Positions 38,795 to 48,649 are shown, counted from the stretch's first letter. The stretch is 64,000 bases of DNA from Rhodothermales bacterium (GCA_022822185.1 JAJECE010000079.1:547-64546), one strand, 5' to 3'. Program-made: numbers and translations. The notes: a model not told the origin generated them from the sequence alone.

Positions 38795-40717
38795 TCATAA
38801 TCTTCTTCTTGCCCCTCTGCCTTTGATTTGCCAGTAAACCTTAGTGCCTTTGAGCGGGCTGGAATTAGAAATGTAATCAAAAGGCCGGTTCCCCTTGTGG
38901 TCACATGCGTTTATATCTGCACCTGCATCAAGCAGTGCCTGTAACACCCTCGGGGTGTAATCTTTTTCCGAAAACAACTCAAGTATTGGTGAAGCCTTGA
39001 GTTCGGCCGGACTGAGATTGAGATCTGTATGAAACTGGTTTTTACTAGACTCCCCATTCCTGATTGCGCAGTGAAGTGGGGTCATACCATTATTTTCTGG
39101 CAGGTTCACATCTGCCCCCGCCTGGATTAATGATGCTACAATCTCAGGTATCATACGCTGTTCAACCGCCTTATGCAGTGGAGTCTCTCCTTTTTCGTTC
39201 ACGGCATTCACATCCAGACCCGCATCAATCAGAATCGATACAAGATCAAGGTGTTCAAACCATCTCAAAGCCCAGTGAAGCAGAGTATTGTTATGTTCAT
39301 CCATCACCGTCACATCTGCACCTTTTTGAATGAGAAGTTGGGGAATCTGGAAATTTGAACAGTACTTTACCGCCAGTTGAAGGGGAGTTTTGCCTTCTGC
39401 ATTCCTGGGATCCACCTCTGCGCCCGCATCAAGGAGAAGCTGTGCTATTTGGGAATTACTGCGGAATATCACAGATTCATGAAGAGGGGTATGGCCGTCT
39501 TTATTCCTGGGATCCACCTCTGCACCTGCATCAAGGAGAAGTTGTATGTTTTCGGGATTTTCATTTCCCCTCGCAGCTTTATGGAGCGGAGTATTGCCAT
39601 GTTTATCGGTGACCGTTACCTGTGCGCCCGCTTCAAGCAGCAGTCTTAGAATCTCCGGATTTGTATGGTTATATGCGGCCAGAAAAAGCGGAGTCTGTCC
39701 TGATTGGTTGACGGCATGCGGGCATGCACCTGCCTCAAGCAGCATCTGTGTGATCTCAGGATTGCGATTTCGTTCTGTGACAGATGCAAAAAGTGGAGTA
39801 TGTCCCTTATCGTCTACTGCGTGCACATTTGCACCTGCATTCAGCAGCAATCGTATGATTTCGGGACTGTCGCTCATTGCCGCGGCCCAATGAAGCGGTG
39901 TATATGATTGGGAATTTTTTGCATTCACCTCCGCACCTGCATTCAGCAGAGTCTCAACGATTTCCGGGGTTTTGTTGTGACCCACAGCGAGGTGAAGCGG
40001 GGTGGGATCCTTATCTTTTTTCGCATTCAAATCCGCACCAGAGTTAAGTAACATATTGAGGACTTCCGGGTTCTTGTTGAGTGATGCAGCCCAGTGCATT
40101 GCGGTTGCCTCATCACAGTCTCGGGCATGAAGGTCAGCACCTGCACGGATTAAGAGACGGATTGTATGTGGATTCGAGCTGTGGCCTGCTGCAAGATGGA
40201 GGGGAGTTTCATCCTCTGTTGAGCGTGCGCTTACCTTCGCACCGGCACGGATAAGCAGATCTAAAACTTCCGGTGAGGTACTGAATCCAGCTGCCAGATG
40301 GAGCGGAGTTATATTTTCTTTTGTCTGTGCATTCACATCGGCCCCTGCCCCCAGCAGCTTCCTGATCATTTTAGGACCCTCATCAAATCCAACTGCCAAA
40401 TGGAGCGGGGTGAGTCCTTGTTCTGTCTGTGCATTCACATCGCATTCTGCGTCCATAAGCGATTGAACCTGCTTTGTAATCTCCCCGAATCCACTGGCCA
40501 TGAGGAATTGCTGCAAATGAGGCATATCCGGTTTAGGATCGGATTTTCGGTCAAGATCAAGAATCTTCCGAAAAAATGTATGTAGACGTATGCTGACTGG
40601 ATCAATTCCAGCAAATGCGATGTTTTTCATGTGCTGCAGTGTGATTTGAATGTTTGATAAATTCCAGAGTAAGACAAAGCCAGGGAAGATGAAATACCGG
40701 CGGGGAGCCATCTTCAA
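38795..40717 (-). CDS. Ankyrin-repeat protein (about 17 repeats), paralog 1
   Basis: Serial 33-aa units of the form G.TPLH.AA....PE....LL.AGADVNA.D. A likelier start is MKNIAFAG at 40630. Confidence 0.85.
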   Translation of the reverse strand: MKMAPRRYFIFPGFVLLWNLSNIQITLQHMKNIAFAGIDPVSIRLHTFFRKILDLDRKSDPKPDMPHLQQFLMASGFGEITKQVQSLMDAECDVNAQTEQGLTPLHLAVGFDEGPKMIRKLLGAGADVNAQTKENITPLHLAAGFSTSPEVLDLLIRAGAKVSARSTEDETPLHLAAGHSSNPHTIRLLIRAGADLHARDCDEATAMHWAASLNKNPEVLNMLLNSGADLNAKKDKDPTPLHLAVGHNKTPEIVETLLNAGAEVNAKNSQSYTPLHWAAAMSDSPEIIRLLLNAGANVHAVDDKGHTPLFASVTERNRNPEITQMLLEAGACPHAVNQSGQTPLFLAAYNHTNPEILRLLLEAGAQVTVTDKHGNTPLHKAARGNENPENIQLLLDAGAEVDPRNKDGHTPLHESVIFRSNSQIAQLLLDAGAEVDPRNAEGKTPLQLAVKYCSNFQIPQLLIQKGADVTVMDEHNNTLLHWALRWFEHLDLVSILIDAGLDVNAVNEKGETPLHKAVEQRMIPEIVASLIQAGADVNLPENNGMTPLHCAIRNGESSKNQFHTDLNLSPAELKASPILELFSEKDYTPRVLQALLDAGADINACDHKGNRPFDYISNSSPLKGTKVYWQIKGRGARRRL

Positions 40718-40850
40718 GATATCGAACAGATTTTCCGCCGTTCACATGGAACTCAACCGGTTTAAGATCAACCATCTAAAAAGTTATCCCGGATGCCCTC
40801 TACTTCATTGTTTGGCATCAAAATGGGGGGAACCTCCAGTTTTGCGCCCA

Positions 40851-42683
40851 TTATTTCCTGTCAGATCCGATTCCTCTCATTTTCCAGTAAATGTCTGTGC
40901 CTCGGATCGGGCTGGAATCTGGAATCAAATCAAACGGTCGTCTCCCCTTGATGTCATGTGCGTTGATATCTGCGCCTGCGTCAAGCAGTGCCTGCACAAC
41001 CTCAAGGGTCGTATTGCGATAGGCTGCCAGATGAAGAGGGGTGATGTCGAAATCATCCCGCCCATTGACATCTGCGCCCATCTCCACCAAAACCCGAATT
41101 GTATCCGGGTTGGTTGATTTCACGGAGGCTATATGCAGCGGGGTCATTTTATCTATGTTTCTATTATTCATCTCTGCCCCGGCTTCAAGCAGTACCTGCA
41201 ATACCTCAGGATCATTGGATGCCAAAACGGCCAGAAAGAGAGGAGTTCTTGCATCTTCGTCCCGTGCATTCACATTGGCCCCTGCATCAATCATGATTTG
41301 CAGTATTTCCAGATTGGTACATTTCACCGCCGCCATGTGCAACGGAGTCAGGCCATCTTTAGCGGCTGCATTCACATTTGCACCTGCAGAAACTAAAACC
41401 CTGAAAATATCCGCGTTCTCACACAGTGACGCAGCGATATAGAATGGGGTCAGGTAATCTTCGTCCCGTGCATTCACATCGGCCCCTGCATCAATGAGGA
41501 ACTGTACGATGTTCGGGGTCTGATTATCGGCTACAGCCGGGTAAAGCGGGGTCCAGCCCGCCACCGTCGGTGCATTCACATCGGCCCCTGCATTAAGTAA
41601 CAGTTCAATGATCTTGCGAGGTGCACCGCCTTCAGCGGCCGCGTGCAGGGGCGTTTGCCCATGGTGATTTGCTGCATTTGGATCCGCCCCGCCGTGAAGC
41701 AGATTCTGAATGATTTCGTAACGATCATTGAATTGAGCAGCAAGATGGAGCGGGGTTGCCCCTATTTGATTCGTCCCCGTTACATCTACTCCCGCATCCA
41801 TCAGGCGCTGAATGACATCGGGATTGTCATTTTGCTTCCCAGCGAAGTGAAGTGGATTTCGGCCAGCGTCATCCACCTTGTTTATCTCCGCTCCGGCATC
41901 TATAAACGCCTGAACGATTTCACCACTCTTGTCTATTCCGGCGGCGAAATGAAACGGTGTCATGCCATCTCTGCATGCCGCATTCACATTCGCCCCTGCA
42001 TCAATCAGGGCCTTGACCATCTTACGGCTCTCCCCCATGATTACGGCGATGTGGAGCGGAGTTATGCCCCTTGTATCCTCGACATTGGGCTCCGCGCCGG
42101 AATCAAGGAGAATCTGTACAGTCTCTTCCGTTGCAGCCTGCCTGCAAGCCACATGGAGCGGGGTTTCGCTCTTTTCATTTCGTGCCTGAATGTCAGCCCC
42201 CGAACGGATAAGGGCGGTGCTCAGATCAGGATTTGGATTAAGTTCTGCGGCCAGATGCAGGGGACTCCGGTCCTTCAATGATCGTGCATTTACATTTGCG
42301 TTTGCGTCAATCAGAGCGTCGATAAGTTCAGAGGAGGAACAGTATATAGCGGCCAGGTGAAGGGGGGTATGACCACTTTTGTCGGCTGCGTTCATATTGC
42401 AGCCTGCCTCCAGCAAGATCTCAACCGCCTTGGATAACATTCCCCGCTTCACCGCGCGGCGAAGTGAACTCCGTTTCCTTTTACTCAGCACCTGTGCATC
42501 ATTTGCATAATCAACCAGGTCCTTGAATTCGTTAAAATCTTCACTGAATCTGGCAACAAGGTGCAACATAGTCCAACCGGACTTCTCCTGACCATTCTTT
42601 TTCTTTTCCGCATCAGATTCATTCTGGAGCGTATTCAGAAGTTCTCGGATGATGTCAGTATCGGGGAGTCTCTTTTTCTTCAT
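40851..42683 (-). CDS. Ankyrin-repeat protein (about 15 repeats), paralog 2
   Basis: Same repeat consensus. Its N-terminal ~100 aa and C-terminal ~35 aa are shared with paralog 3. Confidence 0.85.
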   Translation of the reverse strand: MKKKRLPDTDIIRELLNTLQNESDAEKKKNGQEKSGWTMLHLVARFSEDFNEFKDLVDYANDAQVLSKRKRSSLRRAVKRGMLSKAVEILLEAGCNMNAADKSGHTPLHLAAIYCSSSELIDALIDANANVNARSLKDRSPLHLAAELNPNPDLSTALIRSGADIQARNEKSETPLHVACRQAATEETVQILLDSGAEPNVEDTRGITPLHIAVIMGESRKMVKALIDAGANVNAACRDGMTPFHFAAGIDKSGEIVQAFIDAGAEINKVDDAGRNPLHFAGKQNDNPDVIQRLMDAGVDVTGTNQIGATPLHLAAQFNDRYEIIQNLLHGGADPNAANHHGQTPLHAAAEGGAPRKIIELLLNAGADVNAPTVAGWTPLYPAVADNQTPNIVQFLIDAGADVNARDEDYLTPFYIAASLCENADIFRVLVSAGANVNAAAKDGLTPLHMAAVKCTNLEILQIMIDAGANVNARDEDARTPLFLAVLASNDPEVLQVLLEAGAEMNNRNIDKMTPLHIASVKSTNPDTIRVLVEMGADVNGRDDFDITPLHLAAYRNTTLEVVQALLDAGADINAHDIKGRRPFDLIPDSSPIRGTDIYWKMRGIGSDRK

Positions 42684-42800
42684 TTACCAGAGGCAAAGGC
42701 TTGATGGCAGGTCAAAAAAAAGGCAATCTAAATTCGTTCTATGGGGAACGGCCGACAGGTCAAGGAAGTGTGCACCATGATTCTGTTCCGGGATACTTCG

Positions 42801-45236
42801 TTATCTCCTCCTGGATCCTCTTCCTTTCATTTTCCAGTAAATCTGGGTGCCTTTGATCGGACTGGAGTCTTGTACATAATGAAAAGGCATCGCCCCGTTA
42901 CATTCACATGCATGGATATCTGCGCCTGCATCAAGCAGGGTCTCTACGACTTCAAGGGTCTCATTGTGATAGGCCGCCAGATGAAGAGGAGTTCGGTCAT
43001 AATTGTCCCGCCCATTCACCTCTGCGCCCATCTTGATCAAAAGCTGAATAATTTCAGGATTGGTTGATTTCGCAGAGGCCATATGCAGTGGGCTCATTCC
43101 AGCTCCCTCCCTCTCGTTTACATTTGCCCCCATGTCAATCAGGTGCTGCAGACTCTCAGGCGCAATGGGCGCATAGGCCGCCATAAAAAGTGGAGTTTGG
43201 CCATCCTCATTCCGCGCGTTCACATCCGCCCCCGCATCCAGTAAGATGTTCATTATTTCAGGACTGAGACATTCCGCAACCGCCATATGAAATGGTGTTG
43301 TTCCATCGTCAGAGGCGGCATTCACATCGGCCCCTGCAGAAATAAGAAATCTGAAAATATCTGGATTTTTACAGAGCATTGCAGCGACAAGGAGAGGGGT
43401 TCGGCCTTCTTTGTCCCGCGCATTCACATCTGCTCCGGCATCAATGAAAATCTGTAGAGTTTCTGAGGACAGGGCATTACCCGGTGCCGAGTGAAGCGGA
43501 GTCCAACCGGGACGATCCCGGGCATTTATATTTGCCCCCGCATCAAGTAACATTTCAAAGATCTCCGTTGGTGCACCGCCTTCAGCGGCCGTGTGCAGGG
43601 GCGTCTGCCCATGATGATTTACGGCCTTCACATCCGCTCCCTGATGAAGCAGTGTCTGAGTAACTTTGTGATTTTCATTGAATTCAGCAGCAAAATGGAG
43701 CGGTGTGCGTCCCTCCTGATCTTTCACGTTCAGGTCTGCTCCCGCGTCAATCAGAGTCCGAATGATTTCAGGATTGCTGTTCAGTCTCGCAGCGAAGAGA
43801 AGAGGGGTTTGGCCATCGTCATCTGCTGCATGCAGATCTGCTCCTGCATCAATCAACCCCTTGATAATCTCAGGATTCCCGTTCAGGGCCGCGGCGCAAT
43901 GGATCGGCATTTTTCTGCTTTCAAGCCTCCAATGTATATTGGCCCCTGCGTGAGTCAGAGTTTTGATCAGTTCAGGATTTCTGCCCATCGCTGCGGCGAT
44001 ATTGAGCGGAGTATTGCCGTCTTGATCCACTGCGTCTATATTTGATTCTGCATCAATAAAAACATCAAGGACTTCACGATTCTCGTTCAGTACCGCGAGA
44101 TGGAATGGAGTTTTGCCATTTTTGTCGATCCGTCCCAAATCTGCTCCCGCATCAATCAGGATTTTTGCAATCTCAGGGTTTTCGTTCAGCAATGCAGCGC
44201 AGTGGAGCGGAGTTTCGTGCTCCGCGTCTAGTGCGTTCAGATCTGCTCCGCCGTCAATCAAGGCCTCCAGAACCGCAGGGGTTTCATTCACTGTGGCGGC
44301 GGTGTGCAGGGGAGTTCCCCCGTCGTATTGCTTTGCGTTCAGATCAGCCCCGGCATCCATCAAGGCCTTCACAATTTCAAGATTCTCGTCTACTGCTGCA
44401 GCGGCGTGAAGCGGGGTCATGCCCTGATTGTCCACCGCGGCGATGTCAACCCAGGAGTCAAGGAAAATCTTTATCACCTCCAGGGATTCGACCCTCAGGC
44501 AGGCCAGATGCAATGGAGTTCTGCCATATTGATTCCGCATGTCAAATTCAGAACCTGCACAGATCAGGGTTATAATGACATCCTGATTTGTGTTGTACGC
44601 TGCAGCCATGTGCATGGGCGTACTGCCATCCAGTGATTGTGCATTCACTTCTGCCCCTGCATCTACCAGAGCGTCTATAATCTCATATTCAAGGCAAAGT
44701 GTAGCAGCCCAGTGAAGCGGGGTACGGCAGGCACTGTCCACTGCGTTCACATTAAGGTCTGCGTTCAATAAGATCTTTACCGCCTCGGGGATCTTACCCT
44801 TCTTTATGGCACGGCAAAGGGAAGTTCGCTCCTTTCGGTTCAGGGCATGTACATCCGCAACATGATCAATCAGGGCCTTGAATGTTTTAGGATGCTCACT
44901 GAATCCAGCAACGAGATGGAATAAAGTCCAGCCAGAATGCTTCTGATGGTCAGATTTTTTTTCCGCGTTCGGCTCTCCCTGCATGATCTCAGTGAATCTT
45001 TTGATCCGATCAGCTTGGCGAGATTGTCTTTTACTCATGTATCCAGGTAAAAGCTTTAATGGCAGAGCATCTAGCAAAGCTCCCAATCTTGAAGGTTTTT
45101 GTTCATCTGATTGCCCCCAAGAGTGCTTTTTAGCCTGGATTATTCGTTTTGCAAGAACCTCGGCAGATTGAAAAATCAAACTAGGCCAAATTCGCTCTAC
45201 GGGGAACCTGCGATAGACTGTATGAGTGTACTTCAT
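42801..45236 (-). CDS. Ankyrin-repeat protein (about 20 repeats), paralog 3
   Basis: Same repeat consensus, 811 aa. The start is uncertain because several in-frame Met lie in the first 70 aa. Confidence 0.85.
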   Translation of the reverse strand: MKYTHTVYRRFPVERIWPSLIFQSAEVLAKRIIQAKKHSWGQSDEQKPSRLGALLDALPLKLLPGYMSKRQSRQADRIKRFTEIMQGEPNAEKKSDHQKHSGWTLFHLVAGFSEHPKTFKALIDHVADVHALNRKERTSLCRAIKKGKIPEAVKILLNADLNVNAVDSACRTPLHWAATLCLEYEIIDALVDAGAEVNAQSLDGSTPMHMAAAYNTNQDVIITLICAGSEFDMRNQYGRTPLHLACLRVESLEVIKIFLDSWVDIAAVDNQGMTPLHAAAAVDENLEIVKALMDAGADLNAKQYDGGTPLHTAATVNETPAVLEALIDGGADLNALDAEHETPLHCAALLNENPEIAKILIDAGADLGRIDKNGKTPFHLAVLNENREVLDVFIDAESNIDAVDQDGNTPLNIAAAMGRNPELIKTLTHAGANIHWRLESRKMPIHCAAALNGNPEIIKGLIDAGADLHAADDDGQTPLLFAARLNSNPEIIRTLIDAGADLNVKDQEGRTPLHFAAEFNENHKVTQTLLHQGADVKAVNHHGQTPLHTAAEGGAPTEIFEMLLDAGANINARDRPGWTPLHSAPGNALSSETLQIFIDAGADVNARDKEGRTPLLVAAMLCKNPDIFRFLISAGADVNAASDDGTTPFHMAVAECLSPEIMNILLDAGADVNARNEDGQTPLFMAAYAPIAPESLQHLIDMGANVNEREGAGMSPLHMASAKSTNPEIIQLLIKMGAEVNGRDNYDRTPLHLAAYHNETLEVVETLLDAGADIHACECNGAMPFHYVQDSSPIKGTQIYWKMKGRGSRRR

Positions 45237-46077
45237 GAATTCTGAACCAATACAATACTAATCAAAGGGGGGCAATCGGCAATGAGTTAGAGGAAGCAGG
45301 GGGAATTGTCCGGCTATATTTTTGAGATTATTTCAAAACTACTTGAATCCAATTTCGGCAGATCGTTTGCACAGAATGTGTATCACTGGAACGGGAATTG
45401 ATGCAGCGGGATGGACTCAAGCATACCGAGCGGACTCATTCCGCATCTCAGATACGTTCGGCGTGCTACCTGATTCTAAATGTATATTTTAGTCTGACCC
45501 CATTGTGACGCAGATGTTCCATGAGACAGAATACGAATAGCGTCCCAATGCAAAAGAACGGCAGAGGCGTACTGAAAGCCGAAGAAAATACACGAAAACT
45601 GCGGGGCTCATTGGGCAGATCATCCTGAATTACTACGGATCGGACGCACGCTACGAAGAGCAATCCCCATCCTATCCGGTTTGGGTGGCAGGGCGTGAGC
45701 GAAAATTAAATTAGCCGGGTACGAGATTTATACGAGACCCATCTTGCCGTTCCATAAAATGTCAGTGCAGGAGTTCTATCAAAAAGCCCGAAGACAGAAA
45801 ATGTCTATATTGTGTGCTCCCCGCAAATCGGGGCTAGGTTCATTGTTTTGCAGGAGGAACCTTGAAGCCGGTGAATGGAGAATTTTATCGGCGGGCTGAA
45901 ATGGATCTGGTTGCGCGGCCCCTGCATGATCAAAAAGAACGGGGATGCAGGATTTCAGGGCAGTAAATATCGGCCTCGTAGATCCTGTGAAGGCAGCGTT
46001 TCGTCATCGCAGTTCATTCAGGTACCTATGCGGGGCGGTGTGCGTAAAACTGAATCTGCCACCTGTAGTACTGAAGC

Positions 46078-48069
46078 ATGAGTAAAATCAATATTGGCCG
46101 GGCGGTCCAGAATATACTGCCGAGGACGAATTCTTACACTCCCCTCATTGAGGTGATTGTTAACGCAATTGAGTCCATTGAGGAGACGGATACCGAAAGT
46201 GGAGGCCGCGTTGAGATACGGGTGCTGCGGAGCGAACATTCCGAGTCTGGAACTGCGCTTCACATGGTTGAAGGGTTTGAGGTCAGCGACAATGGGATCG
46301 GGTTTTCGGAGGATCACCGCGAATCGTTTGATACGCTGTACACGGATCAAAAAATCAAAAAAGGGGGCAGGGGCTTTGGGCGCTTTGTTTGTCTCAGACA
46401 TTTTGATGATTTCCGGGTCGAAAGTGTTTACCGGGCGGATGAAGACAGATTTATGGCCAGAAAATTTTCAGTGGGCCGCAGGAATGAGATCATTGAAAAT
46501 GAGGTGATAACGGAGACCCGAACCACGAACACAGGGACGATGGTTCGCCTTTGCGGGCCGATGGAGGGGACTTCGTTTGATCTGCGGCTGGACACCATTG
46601 CGAAAGTACTTGTACAGCGTCTTCTTCCGTTTTTGATTGAAGAGGGAGATTCGTGTCCAAAAATCGTTCTTTCCGAGAGAGATGGAAGTGAGGCGATCAT
46701 TCTAAATCAATACCTGCGATTCATTGAGGAGATTGAGGAAGGCAGTTGCGGGTTCAAATTGCCGGTAATCCCCCCGCAGGAAGAATTCAGAGTTCGCATA
46801 TTCAAGATTTACGAGCCGAGGAATCAGAAGAACCAGATCAGTCTGGTCGCGCACCGGCGTGAGGTTTCGGAAACTCCGCTCAGGAGATACATCCCCGAAT
46901 TTGAGGATGCATTTTATGAAGACGGCGATGATGAGCAGAAGTATATCGTGAAGGCATACGTGTTCGGCGATTATCTTGACCGCCATGTATCTGTGGAGCG
47001 TGGTGGATTCCGGTTTGGAATGGATCCGGAAATGCATGCTCCCATTGGAAAACGAGACATTGAGATCAATGCGGCGGAAATTGCCCGTGAAGCCATCGGC
47101 AATGATTTTCTGGACAGGAAGGCGATCAAGCGGGAGTATGTTGAACGACATGTTGAGGCGGAGGCACCGTGGTTCGACAGTGTTCTGGATGAGTCGGATT
47201 TAACCGAGCTTCGGTGGAATGCGTCTCCGGATGAGATTGAGAAATTTCTTCATGCGGAGAAACTCGCACAGGAAGCTGAAATTCGGGGACGAATGGATGC
47301 AATTGCAGCGGAGGGGAGTCTGGACAGGATTGGGGGCGATGTTGCGGAAGTGGTCAGAAGGGCATCCGATAAGCACCGGGACGATCTGGTCCGCTATGTG
47401 GCATTTCGCGGGGTGATTCTGGAACTGCTGGGGCAAAGTCTTGCGAGAGATGAAGAGGGTGAGTATTTCCTTGCGGGTGCGGTGCATGACATTCTTTTTC
47501 CACGGAGCAGAGATCCAGACTGGATGCCGTTTGATCATCATAATTTATGGATCCTTGATGAGCGGCTAAATTTTGCAAACTATCTTGCCTCCGATCAGGA
47601 TCTCGGAGATGTTGATCCTGATAGAGGAGCAGATCTGACCGCCTATGATCAGCGGCTGCTTTTCAGGGGAGAGGATGTGGAGGAGAATCCCGTCACGATC
47701 ATTGCACTCAAGTATCCGGGGCGTGAAGGTCTGGTGAAGGATGGCACCGCAGAAAACCCGGTAGATCAGGTCATAAACTATGTTGAAGAAATTCGAGACG
47801 GAAGCGGTGAAACCTCTGCGGAACCTCCAATTCGGGTTCCCCGGAACACGCCGGCCTATGGCTACATTATCTGTGATCCATCACCGGAATTTGAGAAATG
47901 GCTCATCAACGGTAGAAATTTCACATCTATGCCGGATGGCCTTGGTTTCTTTCACTGGATCAGCGGAAGCAATCTTTACATTGAGGTTCTCAGTTGGGAG
48001 AAAGTTCTGAAGGATGCAGAGATGCGGAATTATTTTTTCTTCAGAAGATTAAGAGGGCGCTCCATTTAA
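46078..48069 (+). CDS. GHKL-superfamily (HATPase_c, MORC/paraMORC-like) ATPase with a C-terminal PD-(D/E)xK-like region
   Basis: Bergerat-fold motifs are present: N-box EVIVNAIESIEE, G1 SDNGIGFS, G2 KKGGRGFGRF. The C-terminus has GADLTAYD...VTIIALKYPG...YGYIICD, arranged like a restriction-endonuclease core. Confidence 0.7.
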   Translation: MSKINIGRAVQNILPRTNSYTPLIEVIVNAIESIEETDTESGGRVEIRVLRSEHSESGTALHMVEGFEVSDNGIGFSEDHRESFDTLYTDQKIKKGGRGFGRFVCLRHFDDFRVESVYRADEDRFMARKFSVGRRNEIIENEVITETRTTNTGTMVRLCGPMEGTSFDLRLDTIAKVLVQRLLPFLIEEGDSCPKIVLSERDGSEAIILNQYLRFIEEIEEGSCGFKLPVIPPQEEFRVRIFKIYEPRNQKNQISLVAHRREVSETPLRRYIPEFEDAFYEDGDDEQKYIVKAYVFGDYLDRHVSVERGGFRFGMDPEMHAPIGKRDIEINAAEIAREAIGNDFLDRKAIKREYVERHVEAEAPWFDSVLDESDLTELRWNASPDEIEKFLHAEKLAQEAEIRGRMDAIAAEGSLDRIGGDVAEVVRRASDKHRDDLVRYVAFRGVILELLGQSLARDEEGEYFLAGAVHDILFPRSRDPDWMPFDHHNLWILDERLNFANYLASDQDLGDVDPDRGADLTAYDQRLLFRGEDVEENPVTIIALKYPGREGLVKDGTAENPVDQVINYVEEIRDGSGETSAEPPIRVPRNTPAYGYIICDPSPEFEKWLINGRNFTSMPDGLGFFHWISGSNLYIEVLSWEKVLKDAEMRNYFFFRRLRGRSI

Positions 48070-48649
48070 GAGCAAGGCATCGAGTTTTCAGTATTTCGTC
48101 ATTCTTTGTACACCTGCAGATTTGGGTACACTTGAAACAATCTAGTGCGTATCTCAATCCTGTTGTTCATGCCGATCCGGATCAATGAAGCGCATGGCGG
48201 TGTCGACCATGATTCGGATTCTGTAGAATCCCGCTTCGATGAATATTTGGATTCGGTGAGGCACGGGGCATCCGGCGGCAATCATTTTTTCGTAGAGGAG
48301 ACCGCCCTTTCCATCCGCTGTCTAGCGAAGAAACCTTTTATCCGGCGAAGAACGTGCCGTAGGCGAGCATGATAGTCAGTAACGCGCCGATTCCGCCAAC
48401 GGTCTAGAGCAGGAAGCGGCTGGAAAGCGCGTCCAGTTGCGCCTTGGTGGATTCGGCGTGAGGCTTCATCGTATCGTTGAGTGCGGTAATCTGTGCCTGC
48501 CGCCTTCATGTTCGCATTGAACTGTACGATAATATTGTTTCCTGCCATATTAGAACCAGAGAAATCAGTCTCTTTCGCGGTAGTTCAGGATAGAATGGGA
48601 ACCTTTCCATCAGAGGAATGTTCGCCACTTAGTCTATTCGGTTAGAAAC

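Noticed and set aside
41643-44575. Multiple 100-210-aa + strand ORFs inside the ankyrin genes (e.g. 41643-42281, 43593-44045, 44105-44575)
   Set aside because: They are antisense to clear ANK-repeat coding sequence. Their length comes from the 99-nt periodic repeat lacking stops in the reverse frames. Their translations are themselves periodic nonsense.
38900-45100. Regular ~99-nt DNA periodicity that could superficially suggest a CRISPR or other repeat array
   Set aside because: The periodicity lies within long open reading frames that encode canonical 33-aa ankyrin repeats. There are no short conserved repeats alternating with unique spacers.
45875-46081. 68-aa ORF overlapping the GHKL start as ATGA, possibly a coupled small partner gene
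   Set aside because: The translation (…RGPCMIKKNGDAGFQGSKYRPRRSCEGSVSSSQF…) has no protein-like pattern or motif. It is kept only as a note in the spacer finding.
48145-48372. A short minus-strand frame (…HRIQIFIEAGFYRIRIMVDTAMRFIDPD…) that vaguely recalled a Fic/Doc-type segment
   Set aside because: The similarity amounts to a few residues by eye, and the Fic core motif is absent. This is not enough to name a family.
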